Both the position numbers and the translations under genes were made by a program. The notes beneath the pieces were generated by a model, which had not been told where the DNA came from, made no database searches, and saw only the letters and a program-made list of their open reading frames with translations. This document shows positions 10,963 to 22,747 of a DNA stretch of 40,133 bases, piece by piece. Every line of letters starts with the position of its first letter. The first letter of the stretch is position 1. This DNA comes from Octopus bimaculoides. Lineage: Eukaryota. Location of the stretch: assembly GCF_001194135.2 (NCBI RefSeq), contig NC_068984.1:139780252-139820384 (forward strand), given 5' to 3'.

Positions 10963-11224
10963 GGAAAGCAACCATCAGAAGGAAACCAACTTTCTTTCAA
11001 ATAACTCAACTATGCATCGACCGATTTCTCGATTATTCCCATTGCTTTGTCGGATACGTAGAGTGTTCGTTTTGGTAAGGTGAAGATTTTGTTTATTTAT
11101 ATATATTTTGGACTATACTATGCTGATGAACGGAAACTAGATTTCATTCTAGTAATCGCGAAATCAGTCGATACATAGTTGAGTTATTTAAAAGAAAGTT
11201 GGTTTCTTCTGATGGTTGCTTTCC
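10963..11224. repeat. Long inverted repeat: 73/72-bp arms, 117-bp spacer
   Basis: 10963-11035 is the reverse complement of 11153-11224, with four substitutions and one indel by my count. Confidence 0.95.
11117..11179 (+). ncRNA. Type I hammerhead ribozyme, near-canonical
   Basis: Stem I ACTATG(11117-22)/CATAGT(11174-79); CTGATGA 11123-29; stem II a-cg-gaa-ACTAGA(tttcat)TCTAGT-aat-cg-c; GAAA 11160-63; stem III TC(agtc)GA; triplet AUA with predicted cleavage after 11173. The first stem II pair is an A.C mismatch. Confidence 0.75.
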
Positions 11225-11335
11225 ACAGGGGGCCAAACATAGAGGGGACAAACAAGGACAGACAAAGGGATTAAGTCGGTTACATCGACCCCAGTGCGTA
11301 ACTGGTACTTATTTAATCGCTAAAAGATTCGAGAG
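11225..11335 (-). mobile_element. SINE family B 3' fragment
   Basis: Reverse complement matches 18830-18920 (ctggggtcgatgtaaccgacttaatccctttgtctgtccttgtttgtcccctc). Confidence 0.9.
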
Positions 11336-12213
11336 AATAAGTGCTAAACCACAGAGCCACAAGTTGAGATCCTAGCATGGCTGCAGTACAATGAAACAAG
11401 CGAAAGATAAAATATACTATGGCAACAATGTGCCATATGTGTTTATGTCTATGAGTGTTTACGCGCAATTATGAATATGTTTGGAAGAGATTGAATGAAA
11501 TGGTGATTGTGAAAGTTTTCTCAACGGTTTGTAGAAAATTATGCAAAATTAACCTTTTTTAATTGTGAATGAACGTTTATAGGAAATGGATTTTCATTTC
11601 GCTGACTTGGCTCCCCCCCCCTACAAACAGAAGCGAAAACATATCGAAAACTAAAGTGAATCAGACAAATCTGTCAACACTGTTTATTGTTATCAATAAA
11701 GCGGGAGAAGATGAAAAAGATGATAATGAGAGAGATTTTCGGATCATTCCTGTCGACCCTTGACATTTTTTTTTTTCTCTTTTCAAGAAATAATAGTTAT
11801 ATTTTTGTTGAAGTTCGTTCTGTATTTTGTAAATGTTCCAAGCTACTCGTCAACTTTCCGAAAACAAACCTATGTGAATGTAACGTATGTGAGTGAGCCT
11901 GAGTAGTTGATCGATTGACATGGTTGACACATTTCATTTTCAATTACTTGTTCTCATTTTGATAATACAAATCCCACTTTTAACTGGCTACGTCTGAAAT
12001 ATGTCCTGAAATGGAATTAGCAGGCATTGCCATGAATCCGAGACACGTAAATAACATTTGGCAACGTGATAACAGCTATTGTAATGTCTGTCATTTTAAT
12101 GGTTGTTGACAATTACGCCTCCACGTTATTGTGCACAAATATTCCGTTCCTCTTATCCCTAATCCTCTTATCTGCCATACTAAGATGTGAGGAGAAGGTG
12201 ATATTTCACTTAC

Positions 12214-12290
12214 GAGATCTTGTAAAACTGAACCTGTGGCTCAGGTTTGGCAGATGAGATTAAAATTGTTTTAACCAAAGAGCTTATATT
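12214..12290 (-). CDS. Possible isolated 77-bp internal exon (NISSLVKTILISSAKPEPQVQFYKI)
   Basis: Acceptor tgtgtttaattgtag, donor gtaagt, and one of three frames open. No partner exons or recognisable homology found. Confidence 0.2.
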
Positions 12291-12795
12291 CTACAATTAA
12301 ACACAATAATGTTAATTAATAGCATTTTCCCACTCTATTAAACATGGTTCCAGTAAATTGAATACACATACACACACATAAACCATGTACACACACACAC
12401 ACACGAAACAATAAGTTGAAACCTTCTCGGTAAATTAGTCGCAAATGTCGATAAACAGAAACATGAGCAAACTTAAGTTATTTATTTCCTTTCTATTTCT
12501 GTTCTAAATTTATTTCTGTTATAAATCGGTTGTTTTAAACCTGAAAATTTGCATGTCTTTCTAAGGTAGTTACTATGGGAATAGTTACCTTATCAAGTGT
12601 AATGGCGTCAAATCCCTCGAGGGTACATTAGATACGAATGACTTTATGCAATCAAGCTATACAGTGGCAAAGTTTTCACAGTAGTTTCGTAATGGATACG
12701 CCACAGTTTTAGTTATTACAATTTTTTTTTTTATTGAGACTGATTATGCTATCTCTTTTTACATTTACCAGCTCATCAGTCATGCATGTGAATGA

Positions 12796-13081
12796 TGGTG
12801 CGTGACCTAGTGATTACGATATTCGGCTCACAATCGTAAGATGATCAGTCTCTACCTGGCGGTGCGCTGTCCTTGAGCAAGAGACTTATTTCACATTATT
12901 CCACTCCACAGAAGCACGTATATTTGAAAACGCCAGCCTTGTCACATTCTCTGTCACGTTGGCTTTCCCTGAGAACCACGTTAAGAGTCCGCCAGTTTGT
13001 AGAGTGATCTGCCCTTTGTATTTGAATTCCACGAGCAAGCTGTTCTGTTGAAACTTCGTCGTAGTAACCGACAGAGTGCCA
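12796..13081 (+). mobile_element. SINE family C, old near-full-length copy
   Basis: tRNA-like head, gtccttgagcaagagacttatttcac core, and 3' body homologous to the reverse of 3700-3880. Confidence 0.75.
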
Positions 13082-13789
13082 TATTACTAGATACGAAAGG
13101 CCGTACAGAATTAATTTGAGACTGCTTCTGTACGGTGTGAACATGTTTAGGGAATGAATGGACCTACAGTTTTTTTTTTTGTGGTTCGTTTGGTTGTTTA
13201 TTTTACCATGTCAATTTCATCATTTATGGCGGCACGATCGCTCTGTACCTCGTCAAATCAAGCTACTTTGTTTACCTGACATTCCATAGTTATTTGAGAT
13301 ATATATTAGTGATTTCCCGTAGAAGACCAACAATCTGTAAACGTATTTATTTATTATCACCATATTGGTGCTTTCCTTTTACCCAACATTCTCACAACTG
13401 TGCAAAAAAAAAAAATGAAAGTTTGAAAGCAGATTTTGTATTACTACTGATGCCGATACAGTTTCCTTCCATCATTGTATCTATTAAAAAACCTTTTGTC
13501 TGACGAAGGAAATCCGGAAGAAAACTTTTCCATATCTCAGATCCAAATGAATGAAAATTTCTTTGAGAAAATTCTCTTTTTGCAAGGAAATTTTTCTATA
13601 TCCTCCTGTTTGTAGATTAACAGTAAACTCATAGCCTCATGTGTTATATTTTTCCAATAATAGAATTTTTCATTTAATGTTTATATTTCATGTTTTGTTA
13701 TCAATTTCCTCCCAAGATTTTGGTTATAGAAAACCCTTATATTTTTGTCATTTTTTATGGAGAAACTGCAGCTTAGCAGTTTGGCAAAA

Positions 13790-13900
13790 ATGACCGAGGG
13801 AATGAGTAGCATGCTTAAAAACAAGTCCGGGGTTCGATTTGCCCGACTAAATTCGTCAAGGCCACGGCCCGAGGAACGAAACAACTAAAAGATAAAAGAT
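13790..13900 (+). mobile_element. 3' tail of SINE family A
   Basis: gcagtttggcaaaaatgaccga...ggggttcgatttgcccgactaa...gaaacaactaaaagataaaagat resembles 21540-21680. Confidence 0.55.
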
Positions 13901-15192
13901 TATGTTCCGTGAACTTATACATCATCTTAACATTATAATAGCATTTGCATGTTCGTTTATAAGATACAAATTCTATTTCTTAATCTAATTCCGTTATTCC
14001 TATGTGGTGAAATGTATTATGAGTTATTTCATTATGGCGTCCGTTGCAAACGTTTCCTTAGTATTCTTTCAAAATTATTGACGGTTTATATAAGTTAGCT
14101 TTTATTGCCGAATACGTGTCTTATTCTATTTTCATATAGTCTCCAATTATATTATCACATACTTTTAATATTACCGCGCTGATTTTCCCCCTTATTTCCC
14201 TCGGAAAGAGAAACCGTTTAGAGATTGGGGTTTTTAAATACTTTTAAAGACGTATATATTTTATATAGGTGTCCCACGGTTTAGACTTGAAGAGCGTAAA
14301 TGAAAGTAATGTGAATGTGCTGATAGCCGTATCGGTTTGTTTACAGTTCTATAAGTCTCTTCTATGCCAGAATTTGCCTTCTTTAAAATGTCCTCGAAAT
14401 TCGACAAATAAACCTGGGTTTAGAATACTGAATGCTATTTGTGGCAGCCATTTTTCGGGCCAAGAAATATACCCGATCTCCTAGTGATATAGCCACAAAG
14501 AGGTTCAACCCCCTTCTGTATATACTGATGGAAGGAAACGGCGAGTAAAATTACTCTTAGATATACCACAGACGTTGTAACACTCTTTATACCACTGCTT
14601 GGTGTTGATATTACCGATGTCAACATTTAACATGTAAGCGCAAGCATTTTTGGAGTAAAATTTTAAAAATAACCTGTTCCTCTATCCGATCCGACTGACG
14701 TCAAGACATTTAGTAAAATATCGTTTTGTTTTTGTAAGAAACCAAAAAGCAAACTCACTCGGATTTGGTTATATCAACGCAACTGTAGGAAAAAAATGGT
14801 ATTTTCGATGATTTTCGAAACCAACAAGTCTGTGTATGACTGTGCCTTACTTGAATGTCTACATGCACGTGCGTATGCAAATATCTGGTGATTCCATAAG
14901 TATCATATGATTTACCAATGTATTATCTGGTAAAATATTAACGACCGGTAAGAGCAGCAGCAAACCCATGTATTACAAGCGGTTACTTTTACTAGAGACA
15001 TTGAAGAAATGATATCGTCTGTGATTTTGAAATTCGGATATTGCTAATGATTGTGACATATGCTGCGTGGCTATTTAGAGATTTGTTTGCGTGTATTTTG
15101 AGTTTCGTGTTAAAATAGGTATTATTAGTGGAAAAAAGGAAAACAGTAGATCTGTTTATATATACATGCATATATGTGGTTGTATATGTGTA

Positions 15193-15406
15193 GACGCAGG
15201 AGTGGTTGTGTGGTAAGTGGCTTCCTTACCTGCCATACGGTTCCGGGTTCAGTCCCACTGCGTGGTATCTTGGGCAAGTGTCTTCTACTATAACCTCGGG
15301 CCGACCAAAGCCTTGTGAGTGGATTTGGTAGTCGGAAACTGAAAGAAGCCCGTCGTAGNNNNNNNNNNNNNNNNNNNNNNNNNNNNNNNNNNNNNNNNNN
15401 NNNNNN

Positions 15407-15490
<84 letters not shown>

Positions 15491-15640
15491 TTTTTGTGTC
15501 TGTGTTTGTCCACGCAACAGCTTCCGATAGAAACAGCAGCAGCTGTACAACTAAACGCTACAATCAATACATAAAACTAAACACCCCAAGGAAGTGCTCC
15601 ATTATGGCCGCAGTCCAATTATAATTATTCTTGTCAAAAC
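15193..15640 (+). mobile_element. SINE family A with internal (TA)n(TG)n tract and 3' tail
   Basis: Head gcaggagtggttgtgtggtaag, B-box ggttcagtccc, cttgggcaagtgtc core (CORE-domain-like), ending gaaagaagcccgtcg at the gap. Confidence 0.9.
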
Positions 15641-16154
15641 GTTGTGATATGAGGGAGATTTGCCTGCTAATTCTACCAGATCAAGCAAACTCATTCACGA
15701 TCTTTCTCTCAGTTGGGGGTGAATTTGTAATTCAATTCTAACTGAATTTACATTCAGATCTCTCTATCACGAAATGAATCATGTATTATTGATTAGAATT
15801 TGATTTTAGATTTTAGCATTAATTAGGATATCTTTCGAGCGAGTAACCCCTCTATCACATAGTGGCCTGGCGTGAGAGGATTTAATGACCAACATCTTAT
15901 CTATGCTGAAGCATCTTTTCAATTTATTTGAATGGATGTTACTAATAATTGATTTATGTTACTTAAAATTTAATCCGCATCAGATGTAAGGTATTTGTTA
16001 TCCTCAAATATTGATATCTAAAGATTACATTTCATTAAGAATCGATTTTATAACATAAGGATTTGCACTAAAATATTTTGTTTAATTAAACTAAAGTGCA
16101 TCATCAATGTGTATACACACACACATACATTTGCATGCGTGTGTGTGCTGTATG

Positions 16155-16191
<37 letters not shown>

Positions 16192-16204
16192 NNNNNNNNN
16201 NCTT

Positions 16205-16245
<41 letters not shown>

Positions 16246-16251
<6 letters not shown>

Positions 16252-16347
16252 AAAGAATAAATGGAGCAAAACGCATATAATTAATTAGTTCCTTTAATTC
16301 CAATATATTATATGCGTTTTGCTCCATTTATTCTATTCTTTATCATA
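16246..16347. mobile_element. 102-bp fold-back element or MITE
   Basis: tatgataaagaataaatggagcaaaacgcatataat (16246-16281) pairs with 16307-16347 perfectly apart from a 5-nt bulge. The loop is 25 nt and both ends are TA. Confidence 0.75.
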
Positions 16348-16646
16348 ACTTGTGATCGCGGCTCTTTCTGTGGCTTAGGGCATGTCTGAGAGGGCCATTA
16401 TGAACAGTAATTGTCCCAAAACAGTGCCTTGTATATATCTGTGTGTGTGTGTGGGTGGGTGTGCATATATTGGGACACTACGTCACAAACTGTGTTAGCA
16501 ACATGAAATACGAAAACAAATGAGTCAAAGACGCAAACAACGAGAGTAAAATTGGAAAACAGGACAAGTAAAGAAAGAGAAACGATCCTGTATCAGTTGT
16601 CAACTCTCTACTCTTCATTTCTATTCTTCATTAGGTACATATATAT

Positions 16647-16790
16647 TTTCCGTGTACCAAATCCACTCACAAGGGTTTGGTCGGCCCAAGCCTATAGATG
16701 AAGACACTTGCCCCAAGTACCATGCAGTCAAACTGAACTCGGAACTATGTGGTTGGTAAGCAAACTACTTACCACACAGCCACTCCTATT
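16647..16790 (-). mobile_element. SINE family A
   Basis: Reverse complement of the 15193-15330 head and body. Confidence 0.9.
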
Positions 16791-18702
16791 ATTTATATAT
16801 ATATATATATNNNNNNNNNNNNNNNNNNNNNNNNNNNNNNNNNNNNNNNNNNNNNNNNNNNNNNNNNNNNNNNNNNNNNNNNNNNNNNNNNNNNNNNNNN
16901 NNNNNNNNNNNNNNNNNNNNNNNNNNNNNNNNNNNNNNNNNNNNNNNNNNNNNNNNNNNNNNNNNNNNNNNNNNNNNNNNNNNNNNNNNNNNNNNNNNNN
17001 NNNNNNNNNNNNNNNNNNNNNNNNNNNNNNNNNNNNNNNNNNNNNNNNNNNNNNNNNNNNNNNNNNNNNNNNNNNNNNNNNNNNNNNNNNNNNNNNNNNN
17101 NNNNNNNNNNNNNNNNNNNNNNNNNNNNNNNNNNNNNNNNNNNNNNNNNNNNNNNNNNNNNNNNNNNNNNNNNNNNNNNNNNNNNNNNNNNNNNNNNNNN
17201 NNNNNNNNNNNNNNNNNNNNNNNNNNNNNNNNNNNNNNNNNNNNNNNNNNNNNNNNNNNNNNNNNNNNNNNNNNNNNNNNNNNNNNNNNNNNNNNNNNNN
17301 NNNNNNNNNNNNNNNNNNNNNNNNNNNNNNNNNNNNNNNNNNNNNNNNNNNNNNNNNNNNNNNNNNNNNNNNNNNNNNNNNNNNNNNNNNNNNNNNNNNN
17401 NNNNNNNNNNNNNNNNNNNNNNNNNNNNNNNNNNNNNNNNNNNNNNNNNNNNNNNNNNNNNNNNNNNNNNNNNNNNNNNNNNNNNNNNNNNNNNNNNNNN
17501 NNNNNNNNNNNNNNNNNNNNNNNNNNNNNNNNNNNNNNNNNNNNNNNNNNNNNNNNNNNNNNNNNNNNNNNNNNNNNNNNNNNNNNNNNNNNNNNNNNNN
17601 NNNNNNNNNNNNNNNNNNNNNNNNNNNNNNNNNNNNNNNNNNNNNNNNNNNNNNNNNNNNNNNNNNNNNNNNNNNNNNNNNNNNNNNNNNNNNNNNNNNN
17701 NNNNNNNNNNNNNNNNNNNNNNNNNATATATATATATATATATATATATAGGTACATTATTTGGGAGAGGGATTAAAAATATTTCCATTCCAGAATGTAA
17801 GGTGATAGTGCACTTTCGTTTAAATGAAGACAAGTTATTTGCTCTGTGTCTATATACATGTGTGTATGGGTGTGTGAGTATGTCGATAAAATTGCACTCA
17901 TGCAGTGAATGTGCTTACCACTTTCCATTCTTGTCATATGGTGTGTGTTTGTGCCAACTGAATAACATCCATCTTGCCAGGCTAGAAGCTTGCATTCAAC
18001 CGACATGCAAATACAATAATACAATTTGAAATTGTGTGTTTGTTTGGGTGTATGTGTGTGTGTTTGTGTGTGAGTGTGTGAGTGAGTGCCTATGTATGTG
18101 TGTGCGCGTGTACACATATACATGTACACAGATAAACACACAACCACTTTATATTGCAACATATGTTCCAGCATGCAGTCTCGTCTTTCAAATAATCATT
18201 GAAAATCGCATGCAAAAAGTATTCGCTTTCTCTCCCCTCTCTCTTCCCTCTCTCTCTCTGCCTTTACATATCATAAACACCAACACAAACATACCCCAGC
18301 ACTCATACCTGTACACGCACACGTCACGGGCAAATGAAACGCCCATACAATCTTATTTGTATTAAACGTTTAACATCAAATGCGACAGATGTCAAGCAAA
18401 ATGCGAAACATGGTACAACTTTACCTCACTCAAATGTCACACGCTATTATTATCGATTGTCAGTTTTATATTCAAAATTGATTGATTTTCTAGGACAAGT
18501 GGAATTTTAGTTTCCTTCTTTTATTTAAATAGATTTTTTCTAGGAATGAAATGCAGAAATAAAGAAATACGATAAGGTACACAGATAATACGTGTTGTAT
18601 TCGCAAATGTGAAAACTTGACAACACAAACTTTGTCGTTGTTGTTATTATTATTATTATAATAACTATTATTATTATTATTATAACTATTATTATTATTA
18701 TT

Positions 18703-19343
18703 AAGGCGGCGAGCTGGCAGAATCGTGAGCACGCCGGCTGGAATGATTAGCGGTATTTCGGCTGCCGTTACGTTCTGAGTTCAAATTCCGCCGAGGTCGG
18801 CTTTGCATTTCATCCTTTCGGAGTTGATTAAATAAGTACCAGTTAGGACACTGGGGTCAATGTAATCGACTTAATCCCTTTGTCTGTCCTTGTTTGTCCC
18901 CTCTTTGTTTAGCCACTTGTGGGCAATAAAGAAATTATTATTATTATTATTATTATTATCATTACAATTATTATTATTATTAAGGTGGCGAGCTGGCAGA
19001 ATCATTAGCACGCCGTGCGATATGCTTAGCGGCATTTCGTCTGTCTTTACGTTCTGAGTTCAAATTCCAGCGCGGTCGACTTGCTTTTCCTCATTTCGGA
19101 GTCTATGATATTAGTACCAGTTGAGTACTGGGTTCGATGTAATAGATTTAACCCCCTCCCTCGAAGTTGCTAGCATTATGGCGAGTTCAAATTCTTCCCG
19201 CGTCGACTTTACCTTACGTCCATTCCGTGTCGATAAATTAAATACTAGTGAAAGACTGGAGTCGATGTGATCGACTAATCCCCTCTCGCCAAATTTCAGG
19301 CCTTGTGTCTATAGCAAAAGGATTATTAGTATCATCATTATTA

Positions 19344-19398
<55 letters not shown>

Positions 19399-19600
19399 CA
19401 GCACTATTATTAAGGCGGCAAGCTCGCAGAATCGTTTGCGCGCCAGACGAAATGCTTAGCAGTATATCGAGGGTCACTACGTTCTGCGTTCAAATTTCGC
19501 CCTTTCATCTTTTCGGGGTCGATTGAATAAGTACCAGTCATGCACTGAGGTCGATTTGATCGACTTAATCCACTCCCCCAAGTTGCCGCTGTGGCAAAAA
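18703..19600 (+). mobile_element. Cluster of four same-strand SINE family B copies (18703-18934, 18982-19165, 19180-19327 partial, 19412-19600) interleaved with (ATT)n
   Basis: Three copies begin aaggcggcgagctggcagaatc (or a variant). Copies carry a B-box-like gagttcaaattc and gtcga...aagtaccag...ggggtcgat motifs. Confidence 0.9.
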
Positions 19601-19640
19601 TTTGATATCATTATTATTATTATTACTATTATTATTTTTA

Positions 19641-19692
<52 letters not shown>

Positions 19693-19729
19693 CATCATTA
19701 TTATTACCATCATCGTCATTATTGAATGA

Positions 19730-20040
19730 GAGAGCAGGGCATGGGATCAAAGTGACACTGGGTTAAAATATAAGTAACCCAGTGTAGCCATCATGACAAC
19801 CCGTCTGATAAGGGTACATGAGGCACACGCTTCACAACCATATTGTGCGCGAGATGGTGATTTCATATTAAGATAAAGGGCGCATGAACTTGCAGGTGGG
19901 TGCCCAGTTATGATTTTCCGCAGGTTGAATAGCCCATCCCACTCAAAAGATCCCTGAATAAGGGTTGTTTAAGGACGTTGAACGAAACACTTATGTTTCC
20001 ATAGCACATCATTCAAAATACTGGCAAAATACTGCCCAGA
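19730..20040. repeat. Unclassified interspersed repeat with an 11-bp hairpin
   Basis: acactgggtta-aaatataag-taacccagtgt at 19755-19785 is seen directly. Repeat status rests only on my recollection of octopus repeats; there is a single copy here. Confidence 0.3.
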
Positions 20041-20577
20041 TTTTAACTAAGGACCTGTACCTTCATGGAAGTCCCGACCAACATCTATATCCTCTGGAAA
20101 AGGAGGATCTGTGATCCTTATTCTTCCGACTGTATTCTACCTTTGCTCTTTATTCTAGTATTTACTTCTTTATTCTTCAATTTTATTCCTTATGAACTCT
20201 GAATATATTTTATTCCTTGTAAACTGTAAATATTCACTGTCAAAAGTAGTCATACCTAGTCTCTGGTGACGGAATACCCGGTGCGTGGACATGTTAACCT
20301 ACCTCTAATGAGGAACTGAAGCTGTTGGAACGAACGAAAGGTAGCGAAGAATACAGAAACTGTATTATCTTTACCCAATTTGGCTGGAAAAGACTATTGT
20401 CAAATGTCTGGAACATACAGCTGAAAGTCTGCAAGTTCTTGTTGATAGCAAACGTAATTGTAACATAAACATTGCAAGAGGCGTTTACAATGTAAAACTC
20501 AGCTCTTACACTGAAGTGTAGAAAGAAATAATGCGCCATAAACATCGGGCAATTTTGGATAATATTCATCTATCAAC

Positions 20578-20918
20578 AAGAAGAAGAAGAAGAAAGAAGA
20601 AAGAAGAAGAAGAAGAAGAAGAAGAAGAAGAAGAAGAAGAAGAAGAAGAAGAAGAAGAAGAAGAAGAAGAAAAAGAAGAAGAAGAAAAAGAAGAAGAAGA
20701 AAAAGAAGAAGAAGAAGAAGAAGATGGAGGAGGAGGGGGAGGAGGGGAGGAGGAAGAGGAGAAAATANNNNNNNNNNNNNNNNNNNNNNNNNNNNNNNNN
20801 NNNNNNNNNNNNNNNNNNNNNNNNNNNNNNNNNNNNAGGAGGAGGAGAAAATAAAACAAGAAGAAGAAGAAGAGGAAGGAGGAGGAGGAGGAGGAGGAGG
20901 AGAAGAAAATAGAAGAAG

Positions 20919-20950
<32 letters not shown>

Positions 20951-21108
20951 GAAGAAGAAGAAGAAAAAGAAGGAGGAGGAGAAGAAGAAGAAGAAGAAGA
21001 AGAAGAAGAAGGAGGGGGAGGAGGAGAAAATAAATGAAGAAGAAGAAGAAGAAGAAGAAGAAGAAGGAGCAGGAGGAGCAGGAGGAGCAGGAGGAGGAGT
21101 GGGGAGAG
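20578..21108 (+). repeat. About 530-bp polypurine (GAA)n/(GGA)n/(GCAGGAGGA)n tract with internal gap
   Basis: Seen directly. Confidence 0.95.
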
Positions 21109-21250
21109 TTGATGTTGTCTCTGATCCTCTCAGTCAATTTCATTCCACCATCCTCCACCATCCTCCACATAAAAGTTAATATATTTTTTATTTTTTGAAG
21201 TTCATAACATTTTACGAATTTTATTCCCTTAGAGATTTCCTTTCAAATAG

Positions 21251-21410
21251 CACAGGCGTAGCTGTGTGGTAGGAAGTTTCCTTCGTAACCACAAGCTTCC
21301 AGGTTCAGTCACACTGCGTGACAACTTGGGAAAGTGTCTTCTATTATAGCCTTAGGCCGAACAAAGCTTTGTGAGCGAATTTGATAGACGGAAACTTAAG
21401 GAAGCCGGTC

Positions 21411-21458
<48 letters not shown>

Positions 21459-21680
21459 ACGTGCGTGTGTGTACGTTTTTTGTCACCCACCATTGCTTGA
21501 CAACCATTGTCAGTGCGTTTACATCCCGTAACCTAGCGGTTCAGCAATAGACACCGATAGAATAAGTAGCAACTTTTAAACAAAATATAAATACTGGGAT
21601 TGAATGGTTGGATTACAAACTCTCCAAGGTGGTGCCCCAGCATGGCCACAGTCTAATGGTTGAGACATATAATAGAAATT
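21251..21680 (+). mobile_element. SINE family A, full-length diverged copy with internal microsatellite
   Basis: Head 21251-21415, (TA)(TATG)(TG) tract, tail to 21680. Colinear with 15193-15640 and the reverse of 36815-37210. Confidence 0.85.
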
Positions 21681-21965
21681 AGAGAAAGAAAAGAAATATT
21701 GTACTGCATAACTTTAGAATGCGGTCATGTTCCTTGCTTTATTATTGTTTTTGTTTTTTTTGCCATTGTTACTGATTTACCAAAAAAAAAAAAAAAATTT
21801 AAATTCCGTCAGACCGTATTCTCGCTTTATAACATGAAAAGAAATAGTAAGATCAATTTTGAGTTACGGCATTTCGCGTTATGGTGAGATTTTCAAGAAC
21901 GTAATACTTCCGTAACGCGAGAGATTTTTGTATTCCCTTATTGTAAGCGTATGGTTTCCGCTAAC

Positions 21966-22006
<41 letters not shown>

Positions 22007-22674
22007 GGACACACAAATACGCACACATACACTCAACGCATGTACACTTACATTCATGCATGCACTTTGACACGCACACATCTGTCTCGATATATTTCAT
22101 CAACAGTCTCTCTTTAATCTCTCTCTCTATTTCTCTATCTCTATCCCGCCTTTCTCTCTACCTATCTGTCTCTATCACAAGCATACACACACACTTACAC
22201 CCACACAGGTATGCGTTCATTTTCGCTCTCTCTTCCTAAACACACACCCACTTAAATCACAGCGATATCAATAATTAAAAGGTTGGTACGGGTATTAAAA
22301 GTAGCTTGCTGTGAAACCACCTATTCTGTTTCATATTAAAATAACTTTGTTCGTGTTATATAATTATTAACTATCAACGGTCGATCAAATATTCAGATAT
22401 TCTATACAAATATTTATTATTATTTCCGCCGATATCCCTATCACTGCACAAATATGTCACTGATCTTGTGAAACATTATAACCGCCAATAACAATTTCTG
22501 TTCCCTTGTGTCCAGTAAAATGTTTTCATTATCTACGCATCTTAAAGTCACAGATATTTGCCCAAGAGACAGGTAACAACAACCCAGTTTTTATTCCTAA
22601 CTGTAGAAGATCCTAGTCATTAACGCAGCTAATATATTTAGTGTAAAATATCTACATTATATAATATATGTAGA

Positions 22675-22721
<47 letters not shown>

Positions 22722-22747
22722 ATATTGATATACATGCGTGTGTGTGT

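Noticed and set aside
13101-13135. Short hairpins with 10-bp stems here, at 3291-3338 and at 36699-36759
   Set aside because: Stems this short are expected by chance in 40 kb of AT-rich DNA, and none has an associated terminal motif.
13494-13525. CTGACGA-a-gga(aa)tcc-GGAAG hammerhead-like motif
   Set aside because: The GAAA box is broken, and there is no convincing stem I or cleavage triplet.
14250-14830. Complex sequence with 60-70 aa ORFs, possibly a transposase remnant
   Set aside because: No diagnostic motif recognised on either strand.
20294-20569. 91-aa hydrophobic ORF, superficially GPCR-like
   Set aside because: No conserved receptor motif and weak splice signals; the length is expected by chance.
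20499-21170. 223-aa poly-Leu/Ser ORF and poly-Glu ORF
   Set aside because: Translations of the (GAA)n/(GGA)n tract with no unique domain.
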